24,000 nt of DNA, taken from contig JBBDQV010000125.1 in assembly GCA_040905845.1 (NCBI GenBank), positions 6,737 through 30,736 on the forward strand. Reading direction: 5' to 3'. Numbering within the stretch: the first letter of the stretch is position 1; each line of letters starts with the position of its first letter. The notes beneath the pieces were generated by a model, which was not told the origin of the DNA, did not search any database, and was given only the letters and a program-made list of their open reading frames with translations. The position numbers were made by a program, and so were the translations under genes. The stretch comes from Alphaproteobacteria bacterium. GTDB lineage: Bacteria; Pseudomonadota; Alphaproteobacteria; SP197. Below are positions 8,114 through 15,829 of this stretch, piece after piece.

Positions 8114-8893
8114 TCACAGCGTCCCCGGGTAAGCGCCGCCGTCGAGCAACAGGTTCTGCCCGGTGATGAAGCCGGCGTGGGCGCTGCACAGGAAGGCGCA
8201 GGCGGCGCCGAACTCCTCGATCGTGCCGAAGCGGCCGGCGGTTTCGGCTGCCCTGTCGGCTGCCATGACGTCCTCGATCGAACGCCCGGTGGCCTTTGCC
8301 GCGGCCGCGGCGAGCTCCCTCAGGCGGTCCGTGTCGTGCGAGCCCGGCAGAAGGTTGTTGATCGTGACGCCCTGCTTGACCACCTGGCGCGCCAGCCCCG
8401 CGACGAAGCCAGTCAGCCCGGCGCGCGCTCCGTTGGAGAGCCCGAGCGTCGGGTAGGGCGACTTGACCGAGCCCGAGGTGATGTTGACGACGCGGCCCCA
8501 GCCGCGCCCGATCATGCCGTCGAGCGTCGCCTTGATCAGCTCGATGGGCGCCAGCATGTTGGCGTCGAGCGCCTTGAGCCAGTCCGCGCGGCTCCACGCG
8601 CGGAAATCGCCCGAGGGCGGGCCGCCGGCGTTGTTGACCAGGATATCGGGCGAGGGGCAGGCCTTCAGGACGGCCGCGCGTCCCTCTGGCGTCGCGATGT
8701 CGCCGGCAACGGGCGTCACCTTGACGCCCGTCGCGCCGACGATCGCCTTGGCCGTCGCCTCGAGGGCCTCGCGATGGCGCGCGTTGATGACCAGCTCGAC
8801 GCCTTCGCGCGCGAGCGCCATGGCGCAACCCTTGCCGAGCCCCTTGCTCGCCGCGCACACGATCGCCTTGCGCCCCGCTATGCCTAGTTCCAT
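8114..8893 (-). CDS. SDR-family oxidoreductase (FabG-like)
   Basis: AASKGLGKG nucleotide-binding motif and NNAGG are present, with a typical length of 259 aa. Start at ATG 8893 (MELGIAGRKAIV...) preceded by GGTGGAG. The track start at 9091 is an upstream extension. Confidence 0.88.
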   Translation of the reverse strand: MELGIAGRKAIVCAASKGLGKGCAMALAREGVELVINARHREALEATAKAIVGATGVKVTPVAGDIATPEGRAAVLKACPSPDILVNNAGGPPSGDFRAWSRADWLKALDANMLAPIELIKATLDGMIGRGWGRVVNITSGSVKSPYPTLGLSNGARAGLTGFVAGLARQVVKQGVTINNLLPGSHDTDRLRELAAAAAKATGRSIEDVMAADRAAETAGRFGTIEEFGAACAFLCSAHAGFITGQNLLLDGGAYPGTL

Positions 8894-8993
8894 CGCTCCA
8901 CCCTTCCTATGATGGCCACGCCGCGAGCCGGCGAAACCCCGATCGCGACCGTATACTGCGGCGGCCGATCGTGACCAGGGGGAGGCGACGCCC

Positions 8994-9905
8994 GTGCCCG
9001 AGACGTACACGCGCGACATGGTGGGGTACGGGTCGAGCCCGCCCCAGGCCGATTGGCCGGGCGGCGCGCGGCTCGCCGTCAACATCGTCATGAACTACGA
9101 GGAGGGCTCGGAGTACTCGGTTCCCGACGGCGACGGGTTCTCGGAGACGACGCTGACCGAGATCGCCCGCTCCACGGTGCCCCACGGCGAACGCGACCTC
9201 GCCGCCGAGTCGATGTTCGAGTACGGCAGCCGGGTCGGCTTCTGGCGCCTGCGCCGGCTGATCCAGGAGCGCGGCATGACCGCGACGGTGTTCGCGTGCG
9301 CCTTGGCGCTGGAACGCAACCCCCACGTCGCCCGCGCGATCGTCGAGGCGGGCTATGACGTCTGCTGCCACGGTTGGCGTTGGATCGAGCACTACAAGCT
9401 CGGCGAGGACGAAGAGCGCGAACACATCCGACGCGCCGTCGCGTCCTTGACGCGCACGGTCGGCGAACGCCCGCAGGGCTGGTATTGCCGCACCGGTCCC
9501 AGCGTCAACACGCGCCGGCTCGTGGTCGAGGAAGCCGGGTTTCTCTACGACTGCGACTCCTACGCCGACGAGCTGCCGTTCTGGGTCACGGTCGGCGGCA
9601 AGGGCCATCTCGTGATCCCCTATTCGCTGACGACGAACGACGGCCAGTTCAGCCGCGGCGGCATCGGCAACGACGAGCAATTCTTCGCGTTCCTCAAGGA
9701 CTCCTTCGACATGCTGTACGCGGAGGGCGCGACGAGCCCGCGCATGATGTCGATCGGCCTGCACATGCGCCTGATCGGCCATCCGGAGCGCGCGGCCGGT
9801 TTCGCGCGCTTCCTCGACCATGTCGCCAGGCACGACGCCGTCTGGGTCGCGCGCCCGCTCGACATCGCGCGCCATTGGATCGCGCGGCATCCGTACAAGA
9901 GCTAG
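8994..9905 (+). CDS. puuE: PuuE-type allantoinase / polysaccharide-deacetylase-fold cyclic amide hydrolase
   Basis: The product recalls metal-independent PuuE allantoinase end to end, from memory: RDMVGYGSSPP..WPGGARLAVNIVMNYEEG, FEYGSRVGFWRL, GWRWIEH, GWYCRTGPSVNTRRLV, VIPYSLTTND, MSIGLHMRLIGHP. GTG start is preceded by GGGGGAGG. The true substrate is not established. Confidence 0.8.
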   Translation: MPETYTRDMVGYGSSPPQADWPGGARLAVNIVMNYEEGSEYSVPDGDGFSETTLTEIARSTVPHGERDLAAESMFEYGSRVGFWRLRRLIQERGMTATVFACALALERNPHVARAIVEAGYDVCCHGWRWIEHYKLGEDEEREHIRRAVASLTRTVGERPQGWYCRTGPSVNTRRLVVEEAGFLYDCDSYADELPFWVTVGGKGHLVIPYSLTTNDGQFSRGGIGNDEQFFAFLKDSFDMLYAEGATSPRMMSIGLHMRLIGHPERAAGFARFLDHVARHDAVWVARPLDIARHWIARHPYKS

Positions 9906-9906
9906 G

Positions 9907-9926
9907 CTGGCGTGGTGCCGCGCCAG
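9907..9926. terminator. Short hairpin in the 23-bp gap between the convergent puuE-like and luxR-family genes (possible bidirectional terminator)
   Basis: ctggcg (9907-9912), loop tggtgccg, cgccag (9921-9926). The stem is only 6 bp and there is no U-tract. Confidence 0.25.
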
Positions 9927-9928
9927 GA

Positions 9929-10708
9929 CTAGCTGGCGCCGTCGAGCAGGCGATAGTGGGCGGCCCGTGCGATGGCCTGGGCGCGGTTCCGGGCCCCCAA
10001 CTTCTGCGCCGCGTGCTTGAGATGCAGCGCCGCGGTCGGCACCGAACGGAAGATCCGGTCGGCCACCTGTTCGGTCGTGTAGCCCTGGGCCGAGAGCCGC
10101 AGGCATTCGATCTCGCGCTCGCTGAGGCGGACATGACGACAGCGCAGCACCGAACTGTCGAAGAAGCAAGAAACCGCCGCCTGCAGGTGATAGGCACAGT
10201 CGGTGAAGGGGGCAAGCGAGCGGCGTGCGTCCTTCAGGAACGTGCGTTCGGGGTCCATCTTGAGCGCATTGATCGTGGCGAGCCCGCCGCCCGGCACATG
10301 AACGGGCACGTTGATGCCGACCGTGATGCGCACGTCGGCGAAGTAGTCGGAGACCTTGCGGTAGACCGGTCCCGAATCGAGCCGGATGCTCGAATCATCG
10401 CTGACCAGACACGTGTCGCAAGTCCACACGAACGGCACGGACCAGTCATGGCACGCGAGCCACGCGATGTCGCGCGCGTAGTAGCCGTGATTCAACCAGA
10501 GGTCCTCTAAGTCGTCCGGCATGCCGTAGGTGCGGAGCAGGTTCGGCGTGAGCACCCGGCCATCGTGGGAACGCGTGACCGGCGTGTAGTCGTACGCGAA
10601 ACTCGAGAAGCCGAGCGCCCGCACGACCTCGAACATCAGTTCGAAGCACTCGTCCTGGGACGACGCCGACTGCAGCCTTTCCAGATAGCTTTCGACGATC
10701 CCGGTCAT
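9929..10708 (-). CDS. LuxR-family transcriptional regulator: autoinducer-binding-like N-domain plus C-terminal GerE/LuxR HTH
   Basis: The C-terminus LSEREIECLRLSAQGYTTEQVADRIFRSVPTAALHLKHAAQKLGARNRAQAIARA is a LuxR-type HTH. The N-terminal ~170 aa has an autoinducer-binding-domain-like pattern (SFAYDY, PDDLEDLWLNHGYYARD, PFVW, GINVPVH). No LuxI-type synthase ORF is in the window. Confidence 0.88.
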   Translation of the reverse strand: MTGIVESYLERLQSASSQDECFELMFEVVRALGFSSFAYDYTPVTRSHDGRVLTPNLLRTYGMPDDLEDLWLNHGYYARDIAWLACHDWSVPFVWTCDTCLVSDDSSIRLDSGPVYRKVSDYFADVRITVGINVPVHVPGGGLATINALKMDPERTFLKDARRSLAPFTDCAYHLQAAVSCFFDSSVLRCRHVRLSEREIECLRLSAQGYTTEQVADRIFRSVPTAALHLKHAAQKLGARNRAQAIARAAHYRLLDGAS

Positions 10709-10723
10709 CCGAAGCCGCCTTCG

Positions 10724-10746
10724 AGAACTATCGGTTTCGACAGCTA
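10724..10746. promoter_or_regulatory. Lux-box-like 23-bp motif, copy 1, in the divergent luxR-family/SDR promoter region
   Basis: agaactatcggtttcgacagcta matches the copy at 11686-11708 at 22 of 23 positions. It has an imperfect dyad CTATCG-N4-CGACAG and fits CT-N12-AG. It lies 16-38 nt upstream of the luxR-family ATG and 62-84 nt upstream of the SDR ATG. Confidence 0.45.
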
Positions 10747-10807
10747 ACCCTCGGCGCCCGCTTGCGTAGGCTGTCGCCGGTCAAGGCGAGCATCACAGGG
10801 GTCCGAT

Positions 10808-11686
10808 ATGCCAGACCTGTCGTTGTTCGATCTTACCGGAAAGAAGGCGCTTGTCACCGGGGGCGCCCAGGGCATCGGGCGCGCCTGCGCCACAGCGCTC
10901 GCCATGGCCGGCGCGGACGTCGCGATCCTCGACATCAACCCCAGGATGGGCGCCTATGCGGTCGAGAGCCTGGAGGCGCTGGGAAGCCGCTCCTTCTTCG
11001 TCCGTTGCGACGTGGCCGACGCCGATCAGGTCGAGGCGTCGGTGGGGACCGTGGCACAACGCTTCGGCCGCCTCGACATCGCCGTCAACAACGCGGGCAT
11101 CTACATCCCCGGCGCCGACGAGGCGCACCCCAAGCGCGACTGGGACAAGGTGATCGGCGTCAACCTGACCGGCGTGTGGCTGTGCGCCCAGGCCGAGGCG
11201 CGGCGCATGATGGCGCAGTCCCCCGCCGGCGGGAAAATCATCAACACGGCGTCCATGGCGGCCCGGATCATCTCGGACGCGAATGGGGCCTACGCGGCCT
11301 CCAAGGCCGGCGTCGTGCACCTGACGAGGACGCTCGCCGGTTACTGGGGGCGCTACAACATCAACGTCAACTGCTTCAGTCCGAGCTATGTCATGACGCC
11401 GCTCGAAGCCTCGAAGTCCGAGGCCGAACGGCAGGTGATCAGGGACCTGACGCCGCTGGGGCACGTCGAGCGCCCCGAGGACCTCCACGGGCCGGTCGTG
11501 TTCCTGGCGTCCAAGGCTTCGGACTACGTGACCGGCCACGACCTGCTGGTGGACGGCGGGCACACGGTCAACACGTGGCTGGGCCCGCTGCCCCGTGCCG
11601 TGCCGCCGCGTGTCGGGCCCGAGGCGGAGACGGCGGAACTCAGGAACGACCTGGCGGCACTCAGCGGCGCCAGGCCGACGCCCTAA
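10808..11686 (+). CDS. SDR-family oxidoreductase with a C-terminal extension of about 40 aa
   Basis: TGGAQGIGRA, NNAGI and YAASKAGVVHLTRTLA motifs are present. The tail VNTWLGPLPRAVPPRVGPEAETAELRNDLAALSGARPTP extends beyond the usual SDR length. Confidence 0.88.
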   Translation: MPDLSLFDLTGKKALVTGGAQGIGRACATALAMAGADVAILDINPRMGAYAVESLEALGSRSFFVRCDVADADQVEASVGTVAQRFGRLDIAVNNAGIYIPGADEAHPKRDWDKVIGVNLTGVWLCAQAEARRMMAQSPAGGKIINTASMAARIISDANGAYAASKAGVVHLTRTLAGYWGRYNINVNCFSPSYVMTPLEASKSEAERQVIRDLTPLGHVERPEDLHGPVVFLASKASDYVTGHDLLVDGGHTVNTWLGPLPRAVPPRVGPEAETAELRNDLAALSGARPTP

Positions 11687-11708
11687 GAACTATCGATTTC
11701 GACAGCTA
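11686..11708. promoter_or_regulatory. Lux-box-like 23-bp motif, copy 2, upstream of the SBP-SDR-aco operon
   Basis: agaactatcgatttcgacagcta starts at the last base of the SDR TAA stop. It lies 99-121 nt upstream of the GTG start (11807) of the binding-protein gene. Confidence 0.45.
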
Positions 11709-11806
11709 GTGCGAGCGGGACGCGATTTCTACGCTTGATGCTGGATGGCTCGCTTGCTGCGCGCCGCCGGCGCGCAGCGGGCCCGATGGGCCGCAAGGAG
11801 GCTCCC

Positions 11807-12940
11807 GTGGCACACCAGAAGATCGAACTGACGGAGTTCAAGGCCCTGCTCGCGAAGGGAGCGTTGACCAGGCGCCAGATCCATCGGGCGCTCGCGGCGG
11901 TGGGCGTGGCCACGGTCTCGGTGCCCTTGACCCGCCGCGCCGTGCTTGCCGCGCCCGCCATCGAGGTCTTCACCTGGACGGTCTATGCGGTGCCAGAGCT
12001 GCAGGGCAGCTACATCGCGGCCTACGGCGAGGCCCCGCCCCAGACCATCTACGGCGACAACGACGAAGCCTTCCAGAAGGTGCGAGCCGGCTACCTGCCG
12101 ACCATCATCCAGCCGACCAGTTCGCTCGTCCCGCGCTGGCGCGAGGCCGATCTCCTGAGCCCGATCGACACCACGAAACTCGCCAACTACCCGGATGTCT
12201 TCCCGAAGCTGAAGGACCTCAAGGTGATGTCCCACGAGGGTGTGGTCTACGGCGTGCCGTTAGCGTGGGGCAACAGCTCCGTGCTCTACCGCAAGGACCT
12301 TGCGCCCGAGTACGTGGGCAACGACACCTGGACGATGCTCTGGGACCCGAAATACGCCGGCCGCCTCGCGCAGTTCGATCAGATCGACGATGTCGTCATG
12401 GAGGCCTCATTGCTGCTTGGAATCGAGGACCCGTTTCATTTGACCGACGATGATCTGGAGAGGGTTAGGGCGAAGCTCGCGGAGCAACGGCCCTTGTTGC
12501 GATTCTATTGGTCGGATCAGACAACCGCGATCCAGGCCCTGGCGGCGGGCGAGATCGTCGCGACCTACGCTTGGAACGACGCCTATGCGCAGATGAAGAA
12601 GGAGGGTTACGACGTCGGTTACATGATACCCAAGGAAGGCATCCTGACCTGGGTCGACGCGACCTGCATCATCAAGGGCGGTCCGGGGAGCGATGAGGAA
12701 GCGCACGCCTATGTCGATGCCGTCATCGCGCCGGAGGCCGGCAAGTTCTTCATCGAGGAGTACGGCTACGGTTCCTCCAACGCGAAGGCGTACGAGATCG
12801 CCAACCTGGACCTGCTGAAGGAGCTCGGCATCGACGATCACGAGAGGATGCTCGAACTCGGCCTGTTCTACGATGCGTTCGCGCCGGGGCTGCGCGACAA
12901 GGCCATCACGATGTTCGAGGAAGTGAAGGCCGGCTACTGA
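11807..12940 (+). CDS. Periplasmic substrate-binding protein (PotD/PotF-like family 1 SBP) with a Tat-type signal; orphan, with no adjacent permease or ATPase
   Basis: AAGGAGG RBS lies 5 nt before the GTG at 11807. The N-terminus carries TRRQIHRALAAVGVATVSVPL. The track start at 11735 is a likely over-extension. Confidence 0.82.
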   Translation: MAHQKIELTEFKALLAKGALTRRQIHRALAAVGVATVSVPLTRRAVLAAPAIEVFTWTVYAVPELQGSYIAAYGEAPPQTIYGDNDEAFQKVRAGYLPTIIQPTSSLVPRWREADLLSPIDTTKLANYPDVFPKLKDLKVMSHEGVVYGVPLAWGNSSVLYRKDLAPEYVGNDTWTMLWDPKYAGRLAQFDQIDDVVMEASLLLGIEDPFHLTDDDLERVRAKLAEQRPLLRFYWSDQTTAIQALAAGEIVATYAWNDAYAQMKKEGYDVGYMIPKEGILTWVDATCIIKGGPGSDEEAHAYVDAVIAPEAGKFFIEEYGYGSSNAKAYEIANLDLLKELGIDDHERMLELGLFYDAFAPGLRDKAITMFEEVKAGY

Positions 12941-12961
12941 CGGTCGCGAGGGAACTTCGGC

Positions 12962-13720
12962 ATGGCGGCCGCGCGCGAGGTCGCGATCGTCACGGGCGCG
13001 GCCTCGGGGATAGGCCGGGCGACGGCGCTGCGCCTGGCGGCGCGAGGCGCACGCCTGGGCCTGATCGACCGCGATGGCGAGGGTCTGGAGGCAACGGCCA
13101 AGGCGATCGCCGCGGCGCGCTGCCACGTGGCCGACGTGTCGGATAGCCGAGCGCTGGCCATGGCGGTGCGGGACATCGCGCAAGCCGAGGGCGGGCTCGA
13201 CACCGTCGTCAACTGCGCTGGCATCGCGCGCGAGACGCTGGTGCACGAGACGCCGGAGGCCGATTGGCACGACGTCATCGCCGTCAACCTGACGGGCACG
13301 TTCCTGCTCGCGCGCCACACGCTGCCCTGGCTGCTCAAGCGCGGGCGCGGCGCCTTCGTCGCGATCAGCTCGGATTCAGGCGTGTGGGGTGCCATCGGCT
13401 ATGGCGCCTACTGCGCCTCCAAGCACGGGGTGATCGGCATGATTCGCTGTATGGCGCTCGAGTACGGATCGGCCGGCATCCGGAGCAACGCGGTCTGCCC
13501 GGCCTTCGTCGCGACGCCGATGGCGGATGCCATCTTCAGCCGCGCGCCCCAGGGCACGCGCGAGAGCTTCCGCAATCTGGTGCCGCTCAAGCGCTTCGCG
13601 GAGGCCGACGAGGTCGCCAAGGTCGTCGCGCATCTGTCGTCCGACGAGGCGAGCTATACCAACGGGTCCGTCTACATGGTCGATGGCGGGGCGACGGCCG
13701 GCTACTCCGTCGGGTCGTGA
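12962..13720 (+). CDS. SDR-family oxidoreductase
   Basis: TGAASGIGRAT and YCASKHGVIGMIRCMALEY motifs are present. Length 252 aa. It lies immediately upstream of the aco-like genes. Confidence 0.88.
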   Translation: MAAAREVAIVTGAASGIGRATALRLAARGARLGLIDRDGEGLEATAKAIAAARCHVADVSDSRALAMAVRDIAQAEGGLDTVVNCAGIARETLVHETPEADWHDVIAVNLTGTFLLARHTLPWLLKRGRGAFVAISSDSGVWGAIGYGAYCASKHGVIGMIRCMALEYGSAGIRSNAVCPAFVATPMADAIFSRAPQGTRESFRNLVPLKRFAEADEVAKVVAHLSSDEASYTNGSVYMVDGGATAGYSVGS

Positions 13721-13817
13721 GACGATAGGTCCTGCCGTCGGATGATTGCCAGCGGGCGAGCTGGGGTTCTAGGGTGTCCCGCCGACGAAGCCAGCACATG
13801 AGCCTGGAGCAGATGCG

Positions 13818-14804
13818 ATGACCGTAACTTCGGCCCTGCAACTCAACCGCGAGAAGCTGATCGAGGCGTACAGGAAGATGGCGACGATCCGGGCCTTCGA
13901 GGAACGGGTGCACGAGCTGTTCGAGGCGGGCGAGCTGCCAGGTTTCGTCCACCTCTACGCCGGCGAGGAGGCGAGCGCGGTCGGCGTGTGCAGCCATCTC
14001 GACGACGAGGACCGCATCGTCTCGACCCACCGCGGCCACGGCCACTGTATCGCCAAGGGCTGCGACGTGATCGGCATGATGAAGGAGCTCTACGGCGCCG
14101 CCGACGGCGTCTGTCGCGGCAAGGGGGGCTCGATGCACATCGCCGACATGGCCAAGGGCATGATGGGCGCCAACGCGATCGTCGGCGGCGGCCCGCCGCT
14201 CGCGTGCGGCGCGGCGCTCGCCGCAAAGACGCTCGGCACCGGCAAGGTCGCCGTGGCGTTCACCGGGGACGGCGGCTCGAACCAGGGCACCACGTTCGAG
14301 AGCCTCAACTTCGCGGCGATCTTCAAGTTGCCGGCGGTGTTCGTGTTCGAGAACAACGGCTACGCCGAGACCACGTCGTCGAGCTGGTCGGTGGCGTGCG
14401 GCGACATCGTCGGGCGCGCGCCCGCCTTCGGCATGCCCGGCGTCCAGGTCGACGGCTTCGACTTCTTCGCCGTCCACGACGCGGCGGGCGAGGCGGTGGC
14501 GCGGGCACGCGCGGGCGGGGGTCCGACCCTGATCGAGGTCAAGCTCGCGCGTTTCTTCGGCCACCACGAAGGCGACAACCAGAGCTATCGCGCCAAGGAC
14601 GAGGTCGAGGTCCTGCGCCGCGACAACGACTGCCTGAAACGGTTTCGCGCGCGCACGGCCGAGGCCAAGCTGCTCGATGGCAAGGACCTTGACGCGGTCG
14701 AGCGCGAGGCCGCGGCGTTGATCGACCGCGCCGTCGCCGCGGGCAGGGCGGCGCCGCGCCCGACGCCCGACCAGGTGCCGACCGACGTCTACGTGTCGTA
14801 CTAG
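13818..14804 (+). CDS. acoA: TPP-dependent dehydrogenase E1 alpha subunit, acetoin:acceptor oxidoreductase (AcoA)-like
   Basis: TPP-binding motif GDGGSNQGTTFESLNFAAIFKLPAVFVFENNGYA and YRKMATIRAFEERV are present. GGAG RBS. Confidence 0.88.
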   Translation: MTVTSALQLNREKLIEAYRKMATIRAFEERVHELFEAGELPGFVHLYAGEEASAVGVCSHLDDEDRIVSTHRGHGHCIAKGCDVIGMMKELYGAADGVCRGKGGSMHIADMAKGMMGANAIVGGGPPLACGAALAAKTLGTGKVAVAFTGDGGSNQGTTFESLNFAAIFKLPAVFVFENNGYAETTSSSWSVACGDIVGRAPAFGMPGVQVDGFDFFAVHDAAGEAVARARAGGGPTLIEVKLARFFGHHEGDNQSYRAKDEVEVLRRDNDCLKRFRARTAEAKLLDGKDLDAVEREAAALIDRAVAAGRAAPRPTPDQVPTDVYVSY

Positions 14805-14815
14805 GGAGAGACGCG

Positions 14816-15829
14816 ATGGCACGCATCCTGAGCTACCGCCAGGCGCTCTCCGAGGCGTTCCGCCAGGAGATGGAGCGCGACCCGACCATCATCATGATGG
14901 GCGAGGACATCGCCGGCGGGAAGGGTTCGCCCGGCGATCAGGACGCCTGGGGCGGCGACATGGGCATGACCAAGGGGCTGATCGGCCGCTTCGGCGAGCG
15001 CCGGGTGATCGACACGCCGATCAGCGAGTCCGCGTTCATCGGCGCCGCGGTGGGCGCGGCGACGTGCGGGCTGCGCCCGGTGGTCGAGCTGATGTTCGTC
15101 GACTTCATAGGCGTCTGCTTCGACCAGATCTTCAACCAGGCGGCCAAGTTCCGCTACATGTTCGGCGGCAAGGCGAGGACGCCGGTGGTGATCCGGACCC
15201 AGATGGGCGCCGGCTATCGCGCCGCGGCGCAGCACTCGCAGTGCCTCTACCCGTTGTTCACCCACATCCCGGGGCTCAAGTGCGTCGTACCGGCCACGCC
15301 CTACGACGCCAAGGGCCTGTTCATGACCGCGGTGCGCGACGACGACCCGGTCATCTTCTTCGAGCACAAGGTGCTCTACGACACGGTCAAGGGCGACGTG
15401 CCCGAGGCGCCCTACACGATCCCGTTCGGCGAGGCCGCGATCGTCCGCGACGGCAAGGACGTCACCGTGGTCGCCCTCGGCCGCATGGTCCACTTCGCGC
15501 TCGAGGCCGCGAACGCGCTGGCCAAGGATCGCATCGACGTCGAGGTCATCGACCCGCGCACGATCTCGCCGCTCGACGAATCCACCATCCTCGAGAGCGT
15601 CGAGAAGACGGGCCGGCTCGTCGTCGTCGACGAGGCCTATCCGCGCTGCGGCATGGCGGCGGACATCGCGAGCCTGGTGGCCGAGCAGGCGTTCGACAGC
15701 CTGAAGGCGCCGATCCGCAAGGTGACGCCGCCGCACACGCCCGTGCCCTTCGCGCCCGAGCTCGAGGACGCCTATATCCCGAGCCCCGCCAGGATCGCCG
15801 AGGCGGTGCGCGCCGTCGCCAAGGCGTGA
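14816..15829 (+). CDS. acoB: TPP-dependent dehydrogenase E1 beta subunit (AcoB-like)
   Basis: Typical transketolase-like pyrimidine-binding and C-terminal domains (VIDTPISESAFIGAAVGAA, VIDPRTISPLD). GGGAGAG RBS. Confidence 0.88.
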   Translation: MARILSYRQALSEAFRQEMERDPTIIMMGEDIAGGKGSPGDQDAWGGDMGMTKGLIGRFGERRVIDTPISESAFIGAAVGAATCGLRPVVELMFVDFIGVCFDQIFNQAAKFRYMFGGKARTPVVIRTQMGAGYRAAAQHSQCLYPLFTHIPGLKCVVPATPYDAKGLFMTAVRDDDPVIFFEHKVLYDTVKGDVPEAPYTIPFGEAAIVRDGKDVTVVALGRMVHFALEAANALAKDRIDVEVIDPRTISPLDESTILESVEKTGRLVVVDEAYPRCGMAADIASLVAEQAFDSLKAPIRKVTPPHTPVPFAPELEDAYIPSPARIAEAVRAVAKA

